Origin: a virus
Lineage: Duplodnaviria > Caudoviricetes
IMG/VR virus record: IMGVR_UViG_3300030207_000368
Span: 1 to 52,807 of that record
Reading direction: 5' to 3' (one strand)
Length of the DNA: 52,807 nucleotides
Both the position numbers and the translations under genes were made by a program. The notes beneath the pieces were generated by a model. That model saw only the letters and a list, made by a program, of their open reading frames with translations. It was not told the DNA's origin and searched no databases. Positions 45,396-52,807 of this stretch are shown here, in pieces; positions within the stretch are counted from its first letter, which is position 1, and each line of letters opens with the position of its first letter.

Positions 45396-45625
45396 TATTC
45401 TTGCTCCGGAGTAACCGCTTCCAACTGTTGTGCATACCAGTTAAATGCTGCCATGTGTGTGTCAAGTTGTTTTTGATTAGAGTTAATAACCTGAGTTATT
45501 TGAGCAATCTGTTCTCTAAGCTCGTCCATCCTAGTATTTAACATCTCAGGATTAGGGGGAAGTTGAGCAACCTCAGTTTCTTCTCCAACCTCTGCATCTA
45601 CAACTTCTTTAGTGTCTTGTTCCAT
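45395..45625 (-). CDS. Coiled-coil hypothetical protein
   Basis: 76 aa, SD GAGGA. Confidence 0.6.
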   Translation of the reverse strand: MEQDTKEVVDAEVGEETEVAQLPPNPEMLNTRMDELREQIAQITQVINSNQKQLDTHMAAFNWYAQQLEAVTPEQE

Positions 45626-46313
45626 TTTCCTCTACCTTCCATACATTCAAATTTGCAGCGACAGTTCGCCGTTCACCTTCACCCTCGAAAGGGTAAACCA
45701 TATGTGTCAACCAGCTAGGAAACATTAAAAACTTCCCGACTTCTGGTTTTATTACAAAACTTTGTGGAGGAGCTAATCGCTCTGTATCCAATAAACTATT
45801 ACGGCCATAACTAAACGCAAGGCAACCGTCTGCATTGCCAGAGGAGTTATATAAGCTGTACTCTGCACTTCCCGCTGTAGGTTGATCTAGTATTTGTTGT
45901 GGTACTTTTGTCCAGGTTGTGCAGGAGACTCCCATAATAGTTTTAGTACCATGATCATGTATGGGATTGTAATCGCCAGCGTAAGAATGAACAGACCAAA
46001 GCTCATCAGTTAATACCTCTCTTTTTCCTTGTAATGGATTCCCAGACGCAGCACAAAACTGCTTAACGTAATCCATTGCCAAACCCTGAATCGTCCAGTT
46101 AAAGTCTTCTAGGTCTTTGCAAAGATGATCCATTGTAAGCTGTTGACCATGAGCTATCTGACCTACTAACGTACCCGCATGACTCTTACGTTTTTCATCG
46201 ACCATTAGCTTATCAAGGTAGTCGTTAAGCAAACCCACCATATTTTCAGATAGCTGTGCCTCCAGGATAAACACCGCTGGCAGCGTATGAAATGTAAAGT
46301 GTTGCGGCTCCAT
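45609..46313 (-). CDS. 2OG-Fe(II) oxygenase superfamily protein
   Basis: GDYNPIHDH..FPSWLTHMVYPF..ERRTVAAN. Confidence 0.8.
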   Translation of the reverse strand: MEPQHFTFHTLPAVFILEAQLSENMVGLLNDYLDKLMVDEKRKSHAGTLVGQIAHGQQLTMDHLCKDLEDFNWTIQGLAMDYVKQFCAASGNPLQGKREVLTDELWSVHSYAGDYNPIHDHGTKTIMGVSCTTWTKVPQQILDQPTAGSAEYSLYNSSGNADGCLAFSYGRNSLLDTERLAPPQSFVIKPEVGKFLMFPSWLTHMVYPFEGEGERRTVAANLNVWKVEENGTRH

Positions 46314-46663
46314 TAGCTAGGTATTGAAAACTCGTTGTTAGGAACAGGGTCTTTCTTCGGGTTCGTAATCACAGAATCGTACTGACTCGCAAATACCGCA
46401 TCCCAATGAGCAGTGGGACAAAGATCTTCAAGCTCTTTCTTAGTCCATTCACCTTCCGCTTTAGGGGTAAAGTTGTTAGTCGTTTCATCTCCATCTGCGC
46501 CAGAGCGTATTTCAACTGCATCAACTGACCATAACTTATCATTAGTATAGTAATCAGCTTGCCCTTCAGTGCCTTGTTCATACCTCATAGTTAAAGCCCA
46601 ACGAATTACTTTTCCATCCTCTGAAGAAGGAACCGCAGCTATTAAGGTTTTCTTTATTGCCAT
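46313..46663 (-). CDS. Tail-fibre-associated protein
   Basis: Directly follows the fibre gene; SD AGGAG. Confidence 0.55.
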   Translation of the reverse strand: MAIKKTLIAAVPSSEDGKVIRWALTMRYEQGTEGQADYYTNDKLWSVDAVEIRSGADGDETTNNFTPKAEGEWTKKELEDLCPTAHWDAVFASQYDSVITNPKKDPVPNNEFSIPS

Positions 46664-46675
46664 TGCTCGTGTCTC

Positions 46676-49600
46676 CTATTCGCAATTACATTTATTAAGT
46701 TTTTCAGTTAAATCATCCACTTTGGCAGAAAGCTCTTGTACCGCTTTTACCATCAAAGGCATAAGAGATGCATCACCAATTCTTTGACGACCTCCATCGT
46801 GAACATCTTCAGTCCACATATCAAAACCATCTTTGAAATCGTATCGATCAATAACTTCTTTAACTTCTTGAGCTATAAAACCGTGGTTATATTTACCATT
46901 CATCACCCGTTCTTCAGAATCAGCCTTGTAAGCTCTCATAGTAGTGGGAACTTCATTAGCTTTTTTCCAACGGAAAGTGACAGGTCTAAGTTCGTTTATA
47001 AACTCAAGACCTATTTTTTCATCTTGGATATCTTCTTTAAGGCGAACATCTGAGGGAGCTGTTATTGAAGTTGCACCAAAAGCGATGTTACTGTCGTCTG
47101 CTCCGCTTCCAAAGGTAAAGTTTTCGTTACCTGTACACTGTACGTTATAGCCCAGCGCAATTTGTTCTTCTCCACCATTAGCACTTGTATGGGATAAGTT
47201 TCCTACACAAACATTATATGATCCTTCCTGAATATTTGTGGTGTATGAACCAGAGTCATATCCAATACATACATTATGCACACCTGTAGTAATTTGATCT
47301 CCAGCATGCGCACCATACATACTATTATTAGTTCCAGTAGTTAAATTAACCCCAGCATAGTATCCAGAACCAACATTATATGCACCAGTAGCAACATTAA
47401 GAGCGGCGTATCCAAGCGCAGTGTTATAACTCGTTGTTGTTGAAGCGGTTAAAGAGGATGAACCCACGGCAGTGTTGTATGTACCCGTTGTATTTGCGTC
47501 TAGTACGTCAATACCAATAGCAACATTCAAACCGCCCGAGGTGTTACTGTCCATTGCGGTATAGCCTATGGCTGTGTTGTAGTTACCATTACTGGCGGCT
47601 AACGTATTCAGCCCCATCGCAACATTCTGAGTCCCTGTGGTATTCGCATACATACAGTCAAATCCAACGGCGGTGTTGTTTGCACCTGTTGTGCTATCGT
47701 GTAGTGCTCGATAGCCAAATGCTGTATTTGCATCAGCCGTAGTGTTTGAATGCGCGGCTTCATAACCGACCGCAGTGATACGGTCTCCTGTTGTATTGTC
47801 TGCCACTGCTTCATATCCAACAACCGTATTATAGCTTGCAGTGGTAGTAGACGTTAAAGCACCATATCCTATTGCTGTGTTGGCTTCTCCTGTGGTAACC
47901 GCATCTGCTGAGTACATTCCAACAGCGGTGTTGTAGGAGGCTGTGGTGTTTTTACCTAAAGCACTATACCCAATAGCAACATTCCTATTGCCAGTGGTGT
48001 TTTCGGCTAAAGAGTTATATCCCAATGCGGAATTATAATTTCCCGTTGTCAGATCGTGCATAGAGTCAGAACCGACAGCAGTGTTCTGTTCCCCATCACT
48101 ACAAGCTTTCAGTGCTTCATAACCAATCGCCGTGTTGCTACTTCTTGTTGTATTGGCCTGTAAAGCATTAGTGCCTATTGCAACATTGTTCGCCCCTGTA
48201 GTATTTGAATCTAAGGCCAATGTTCCAAAAGCGTTGTTGTGTGCGCCTGTCGTGTTTACAGCTAAAGCATCATATCCCACTGCATTATTGTTTGAGGCAG
48301 TTGTGTTGTCGTTGAGTGCATTATGACCAATTGCTACGTTGTATCCACCCGAAGAGTTATTTAACAAAGATCCTCGACCTACAGCAGTGTTACTAGCACC
48401 TGTATTTAGCTTTAATGCACTTGTGCCAACAGCCGTGTTGTTTGCGTTTGTAGTTACTGTTATTAACGCGTTATACCCCACCGCTGTGTTGTCTGAAGCC
48501 GTGGTGTTTGCTGCTCCCGCAAGACCTCCAATAAAAGTATTTCCTGTTCCAGTAGTGGTTAACCGTCCAGCGTTGTAACCAATGCCAATGTTGTAAACAG
48601 AGGTTGCTGTTGTAAAGTTTTGTGTTTCAAGAGCGTGTCGCCCAACGGCAACAGAGCGACTACCCAACGTATCTGATGTTAGAGCGTTATGTCCAATTGC
48701 TATATTGTAGTTTCCTTCTGTAAGAGCATCTCCAGCAAGGCTTCCCAACGCTATATTTTCTGTGCCTGTGGTGTTATTAACTAAAGCGTTATATCCCACT
48801 GCGGTGTTAGTATCGGCATTATTCGTATATAAGGCTTGATAGCCGATACCGACATTTTTAGTACCTGTCGTATTAGTAAACAAAGAATTTATGCCGACTG
48901 CGGTATTTTCTGCACCAGTAGTGTTTGAACTTAACGCTTGCATCCCAACAGCAGTTCCACCACTAGCCGTAGTATTCGCATCAAGTGCGTTATACCCCAC
49001 CGCTGTGTTGTTTGCACCTGTGGTGTTGACTGCTAAAGCACTTCTTCCAACGGCAACATTGTTTGACGCGGTGGTGTTAGCCGAAAGTGCTAATGCTCCC
49101 AGACCAACATTGTCACTACCCGTTGTGTTTGCATCTAAAGCACCTTTACCAACTGCAACATTTGATGCGCCAGTGGTGTTAACAAGCAAAGCATTTCTGC
49201 CTACTGCCGTGTTATAACTTGCGGTAGTTGTCGCTCCACCCGCATTATCACCGACAAACGTGTTTTCAGATCCGCTTGTAAGCGCATCGCCAGCAGAATC
49301 ACCTATCGCTACGTTATCCGTACCTGTGGTAAGCCCTGTACCAAACGCACCGCTACCAAGCCCTACATTGCCTGTACCGCCTAATACATCGAGTACATCA
49401 GTAACTGCTGCACCAGAACCAGCACCGTCAGTAGCGATCATGCGAATGCCGCCATTTGGTATGACTACATTTGCGCCTGTACCTTGAGAAATCGTTACGG
49501 TATCGCCAGCAGAGTTTTGAACCACCCATACGTTACTGATAGTGTTAGGAGCAAACGTCACGGTGCAGGCTTGTGATAAAGAACCTGTAAGTGTTAGTGC

Positions 49601-49798
49601 TGTAGAACGAAAAGCGTCTGAAGCCCCGTCAGCCATCGTTATGGTGGCGGTAGAGGCGTCTGAAAGAGCTTCAGACCCTGTTCCAAATTTTTCTGCGATC
49701 ATCTCCAGGTTTAAATTCGTGGTCGTTCCCCACGTTCCTGAGCCATCTCCTGTCGCCATCTCATTTAGGCGAAGATCGTTTACATATGTACTAGCCAT
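46676..49798 (-). CDS. Tail fibre with 14-aa beta-roll repeats and C-terminal intramolecular chaperone (S74-type)
   Basis: Dozens of N(T/V)A(V/I)GxxALxxNTT repeats; SDVRLKEDI..LRPV.F.W..GFIAQEV..LMVKAVQEL. Confidence 0.9.
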   Translation of the reverse strand: MASTYVNDLRLNEMATGDGSGTWGTTTNLNLEMIAEKFGTGSEALSDASTATITMADGASDAFRSTALTLTGSLSQACTVTFAPNTISNVWVVQNSAGDTVTISQGTGANVVIPNGGIRMIATDGAGSGAAVTDVLDVLGGTGNVGLGSGAFGTGLTTGTDNVAIGDSAGDALTSGSENTFVGDNAGGATTTASYNTAVGRNALLVNTTGASNVAVGKGALDANTTGSDNVGLGALALSANTTASNNVAVGRSALAVNTTGANNTAVGYNALDANTTASGGTAVGMQALSSNTTGAENTAVGINSLFTNTTGTKNVGIGYQALYTNNADTNTAVGYNALVNNTTGTENIALGSLAGDALTEGNYNIAIGHNALTSDTLGSRSVAVGRHALETQNFTTATSVYNIGIGYNAGRLTTTGTGNTFIGGLAGAANTTASDNTAVGYNALITVTTNANNTAVGTSALKLNTGASNTAVGRGSLLNNSSGGYNVAIGHNALNDNTTASNNNAVGYDALAVNTTGAHNNAFGTLALDSNTTGANNVAIGTNALQANTTRSSNTAIGYEALKACSDGEQNTAVGSDSMHDLTTGNYNSALGYNSLAENTTGNRNVAIGYSALGKNTTASYNTAVGMYSADAVTTGEANTAIGYGALTSTTTASYNTVVGYEAVADNTTGDRITAVGYEAAHSNTTADANTAFGYRALHDSTTGANNTAVGFDCMYANTTGTQNVAMGLNTLAASNGNYNTAIGYTAMDSNTSGGLNVAIGIDVLDANTTGTYNTAVGSSSLTASTTTSYNTALGYAALNVATGAYNVGSGYYAGVNLTTGTNNSMYGAHAGDQITTGVHNVCIGYDSGSYTTNIQEGSYNVCVGNLSHTSANGGEEQIALGYNVQCTGNENFTFGSGADDSNIAFGATSITAPSDVRLKEDIQDEKIGLEFINELRPVTFRWKKANEVPTTMRAYKADSEERVMNGKYNHGFIAQEVKEVIDRYDFKDGFDMWTEDVHDGGRQRIGDASLMPLMVKAVQELSAKVDDLTEKLNKCNCE

Positions 49799-50500
49799 TT
49801 ATGCTACCTCTTTCCAATCTGGTGTTTGACTATCGTCAATAGTTGACCAATTCGGCGTCTGACTGTCATCAATTCCTGACCAATTCGCTGTTTGGCTATC
49901 ATCGATAAGCCCCCAAACATTAACGCCACTCGTTGTACAGGCCGCTTCCACACCTGTAAGCGAAACATTCGCATCTCCATCAAACGTAACCGCTCCAACA
50001 GATCCGACCATTTCTGGTAAAGAAACTTTGATCGTGTTACTTGTGATCGGGGAGACGCTTCCAAGCCCTGTTGTTCCTGCCACGCCTGTGACAGAGACTG
50101 TCGCCGTGCCTGTAGCCGTAACTGATCCCAGCGAGCCTGTACCTGCCACGCCAGTGACCGAAGTGCTTGCGTCAGCCGAGACCGTAACTGACCCAAGTGT
50201 TCCCGTGCCTGCAACTCCCGTAGGACTAACAGTTGCCGTACCCGTAACCGTAAGTGAACCAAGAGTACCAGTGCCTGATACACCAGATACACTAACACTC
50301 GCATCAGCGGATACAGAAACCGACCCAAGAGTCCCCGTTCCCGCAACGCCTGTAACTGAGACATTAGCGTCTGCCGTAACCGAGACCGTACCAAGAGTCC
50401 CTGTTGCTCCAGGAACTGCTTCGCCATTACCCCACGTTCCTTCGCCCCATCCATGAGAGGAAGAATTCCATCCATCAAAGGCAACCTTGACATCAGCCAC
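49799..50500 (-). CDS. Repeat-rich tail/structural protein
   Basis: About 22-aa GVAGTGTLGSVxVxxxAxVSVT repeats; WGxGxWG N-terminus; three IDDSQT repeats. Confidence 0.7.
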   Translation of the reverse strand: MADVKVAFDGWNSSSHGWGEGTWGNGEAVPGATGTLGTVSVTADANVSVTGVAGTGTLGSVSVSADASVSVSGVSGTGTLGSLTVTGTATVSPTGVAGTGTLGSVTVSADASTSVTGVAGTGSLGSVTATGTATVSVTGVAGTTGLGSVSPITSNTIKVSLPEMVGSVGAVTFDGDANVSLTGVEAACTTSGVNVWGLIDDSQTANWSGIDDSQTPNWSTIDDSQTPDWKEVA

Positions 50501-50510
50501 ACACTATATC

Positions 50511-50981
50511 CTATGCGATTCTTATGATCGCGTTAGAAGCGTCTGCTGTTGGAAACTGAATAGTAAAGTCTCCACTTGTAGATGTCTTATCCGCTCCGAA
50601 ATCTAATATCGCTACTGCTCTATTAGCTGTTCCTGCGGTAGTTGAGGAATTGTAAATTAAACATCCTCTTGCAGTAATCGAACTACTAGACCAAGTAGTA
50701 TCAGAAAAATCTGTCAGTGCGGTAGTTCCTGATGTGGTCGGGTCTACATTCGTTAACGTATTGCCGCCAGCAGTATACCCCGTACCAGATACTTCGTTAG
50801 TTGTTGCATAAGCCGTAGTAGACGCTGACATAGTCGCGCTACTGGTGTACAAAGCAATCTTAAAGGTATTGCCCGTACCCGTAGTGGTAGTCGTTCCTCC
50901 ACCAGAACCGTTATGGAAATTATGTATTCCCTGTAAAAGCTCTGATTTAAACGAAGTTGCCATAGCTGTGGTGATAGCCAT
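50511..50981 (-). CDS. Virion structural protein
   Basis: SFK.EL..FKIALYTSSAT..NEVSGTGYTAGG..LDFG.DK..F.IQFP. Confidence 0.7.
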   Translation of the reverse strand: MAITTAMATSFKSELLQGIHNFHNGSGGGTTTTTGTGNTFKIALYTSSATMSASTTAYATTNEVSGTGYTAGGNTLTNVDPTTSGTTALTDFSDTTWSSSSITARGCLIYNSSTTAGTANRAVAILDFGADKTSTSGDFTIQFPTADASNAIIRIA

Positions 50982-51271
50982 TATAGTCTCCTTAAAATAT
51001 CAGCAGTGTCTGACTGACCCTGTTGAATAAATTCATTCATAAGCGTTGTTCTATCGCTTTTGATTGCTTGTTTGATTATACCTAATACTACATGATAAAT
51101 GCGGTTTCTAAACGCTTCTGCCTGCTGTCGAACAATAGGGTCTACAGAGGAAGACACGCTAACTATTTGTTCTACCGCTCGTTCGGCCAGTTCTTCAGGA
51201 GACAATCCTCTGCGTTCTGTTGTTTTAACAACAACGTCTCCTAGATTTGATTCAACAGACATCTTAAACAT
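50981..51271 (-). CDS. Conserved hypothetical protein
   Basis: V.TT..RG..PEE.A..I.S.S..QA.AF..SDRTT. Confidence 0.65.
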   Translation of the reverse strand: MFKMSVESNLGDVVVKTTERRGLSPEELAERAVEQIVSVSSSVDPIVRQQAEAFRNRIYHVVLGIIKQAIKSDRTTLMNEFIQQGQSDTADILRRL

Positions 51272-51273
51272 AA

Positions 51274-51912
51274 CTAACCCATCCTAGATATATCATAACG
51301 ATGCTCGTCTCGAATTCCGTAACCTTCTCCAAGTTTTTTCAACCCTGCTATAGCTTGTTGAAAACGCTCTTCATAGTAAGGAGTTTCTTCTGGGGTTTTT
51401 ATAAATGTTGACGCTTCTACTAAAGAACCATACAAGAGTGCGTCAGGAGCATCCGTAGATAGCCAAGTTGTGCCACTGTCAGAGCCAGCTGTTAACGACG
51501 CCGGTCTGTACTTGTAATGAAGCTCAAAAGTATAATTAGCGTCAGGTGTAGGAGCCAAAATAAAAGTTGAGCTATCAAATAATCCATAATAGATAGGAGT
51601 TCCTGTGGTCGATGCGTTTGGCGTATAGTCTCTAATAAAGGAAACGTGCTTCAAATACAAGTATGTATACACGCTACTAGAGATAACCGCTAAACTCAAC
51701 GGAGCCAGGAAATCGCTAGGCATAGACAAATAAGTGCTGCCTGAAGTGGCTGTACCTGTTACGTTCTTTCTAAAATCAGGAATCTCAACAGTTTTTAGAA
51801 TCCGCTCTTCGGCTTCTTGAATAAAGACTGATAAATTATTGTTAAATGTGGTTTCACTCGTTTCACAATAATCTTGAATAGCAGTCTTTAATGTTGCGTA
51901 TGTCCAGCTCAT
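51274..51912 (-). CDS. Head-tail adaptor-like protein
   Basis: TY..LK.AIQDY..FI..AE.RI..G.P.YY..APTPD..WLS..LLYGSL. Confidence 0.7.
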   Translation of the reverse strand: MSWTYATLKTAIQDYCETSETTFNNNLSVFIQEAEERILKTVEIPDFRKNVTGTATSGSTYLSMPSDFLAPLSLAVISSSVYTYLYLKHVSFIRDYTPNASTTGTPIYYGLFDSSTFILAPTPDANYTFELHYKYRPASLTAGSDSGTTWLSTDAPDALLYGSLVEASTFIKTPEETPYYEERFQQAIAGLKKLGEGYGIRDEHRYDISRMG

Positions 51913-52277
51913 GTAGTCACCACTGTTACTGTGCCAATACTACCTGTAGCCCCTTCTGCTGAAAAGTCTGAACCAATAGGGTCTGCTGTAGTGGCTGGAA
52001 GAGCACCTACATTAACCCCAGCACTCGTTGTAAAAGTTGCGCTGTTAGCTATGACTAGTCCAAGTTGCGCTTGAGGTAACGGTACTTCAGGTCGAGGTTG
52101 ATGAAGTGCTTCAGGATCTGTAGGTATAAGCGGAGGATCAAGCTGAGGGTTTTTAGGCTCGTAGCACTCAGGACAGACCTTAAAACCTGTCCACTCCATA
52201 CGGAGTTGTAAGTACTTATATGCCCAACCGCAGCGATCGCAAACGCCTAGTGAGTGTTTACCTTGTGCATAGGCCAT
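51909..52277 (-). CDS. Conserved structural-region protein with CxxC pairs
   Basis: CDRCG..EW.G..VCPECYEPK.PQ..DPEAL..PRP. Confidence 0.65.
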   Translation of the reverse strand: MAYAQGKHSLGVCDRCGWAYKYLQLRMEWTGFKVCPECYEPKNPQLDPPLIPTDPEALHQPRPEVPLPQAQLGLVIANSATFTTSAGVNVGALPATTADPIGSDFSAEGATGSIGTVTVVTT

Positions 52278-52807
52278 TAGGTGAAAACAGAACTTATTTT
52301 AGGAATCAGATGTACAGATGTTCTATCTTCATCAAACCTCATTGCGTTCATAAGAGCTTGCTCATACATAGGCTGTAATAAAGCAACTTTATCTGGGTTC
52401 TTTTTAACTGCTAAGTAGTAAGCTAATCCCATAGTTAAACAAGGTAAGAATCGACTAGGTACATCAAGATCGTTAACAGAAGCAGTAGCATCCTGGATAC
52501 GTTGCCATCTGTACGATATAAACTGATCCGTCGAGTTTTCTGGAGAAGGCCACAAATACACTTTAGGCGTTATTGTGCGTTCTACATAAAACTGTGTGGG
52601 CCTAGCTTTAGAGTTCTTATTAGGAATATTGAAGTACTCATTACGATCAACCCTAGAGATCTGAAAATCAGTTTGAACACCATTAACAGTTCTTCGAATT
52701 ATCGCGTCTAGTATATCAATATCGTAAGTATTCAGGTCGTAAGAAGAATCTCCCTCAGTTAAAGTCTGAGAGACCTCTACAACTTCCCAAAGCTGAACAC
52801 CTCTGTT
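52277..52807 (-). CDS. Adaptor / tail tubular protein, 5'-truncated by window edge
   Basis: Frame is open from the edge: NRGVQLW..Y.NIPNK..RP.QFY..YLWP.P..P.RF..GLAYYLA. Confidence 0.7.
   Translation of the reverse strand, partial: NRGVQLWEVVEVSQTLTEGDSSYDLNTYDIDILDAIIRRTVNGVQTDFQISRVDRNEYFNIPNKNSKARPTQFYVERTITPKVYLWPSPENSTDQFISYRWQRIQDATASVNDLDVPSRFLPCLTMGLAYYLAVKKNPDKVALLQPMYEQALMNAMRFDEDRTSVHLIPKISSVFT

Noticed and set aside
47554-49829. Many plus-strand ORFs inside the tail fibre
   Set aside because: Antisense shadows of the 14-aa repeats
49804-50502. 232-aa alternative-frame ORF and antisense ORF 50028..50456
   Set aside because: Shadow frames of a G/T/V/S repeat gene; no slippery site or SD noticed

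Overview
Most of a lytic-looking tailed dsDNA phage genome, probably a marine proteobacterial podovirus (P22-like portal, nozzle and large ejection proteins; no tape measure, integrase or tRNA seen). The major capsid gene is outside the window. From left to right: portal and TerL; small virion/basic proteins; a compositionally patchy non-coding zone around TerS (likely the packaging/terminus region); about 19 kb of early and replication genes driven by a repeated sigma70-like promoter and bracketed by two diverged, inverted origin-like elements; an SNF2 helicase; ejection proteins, nozzle, lysis cassette, 2OG-Fe(II) oxygenase, tail fibres and adaptors. Best leads: (1) a coupled operon for thymidine replacement and hypermodification (dUMP hydroxymethylase-like, aGPT-Pplase1-like, Nmad1-like, PolA) that carries a small-molecule-type SAM methyltransferase and no visible P-loop kinase, together with regional TCGA over-representation; (2) an unannotated -1 frameshift (G GGA AAG) in a lysis-cassette membrane gene; (3) the paired inverted origin-like elements; (4) the G-quadruplex/GATC/TTAG mosaic near TerS. 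All family calls are by motif recognition from memory and all counts are manual; no database search was run.
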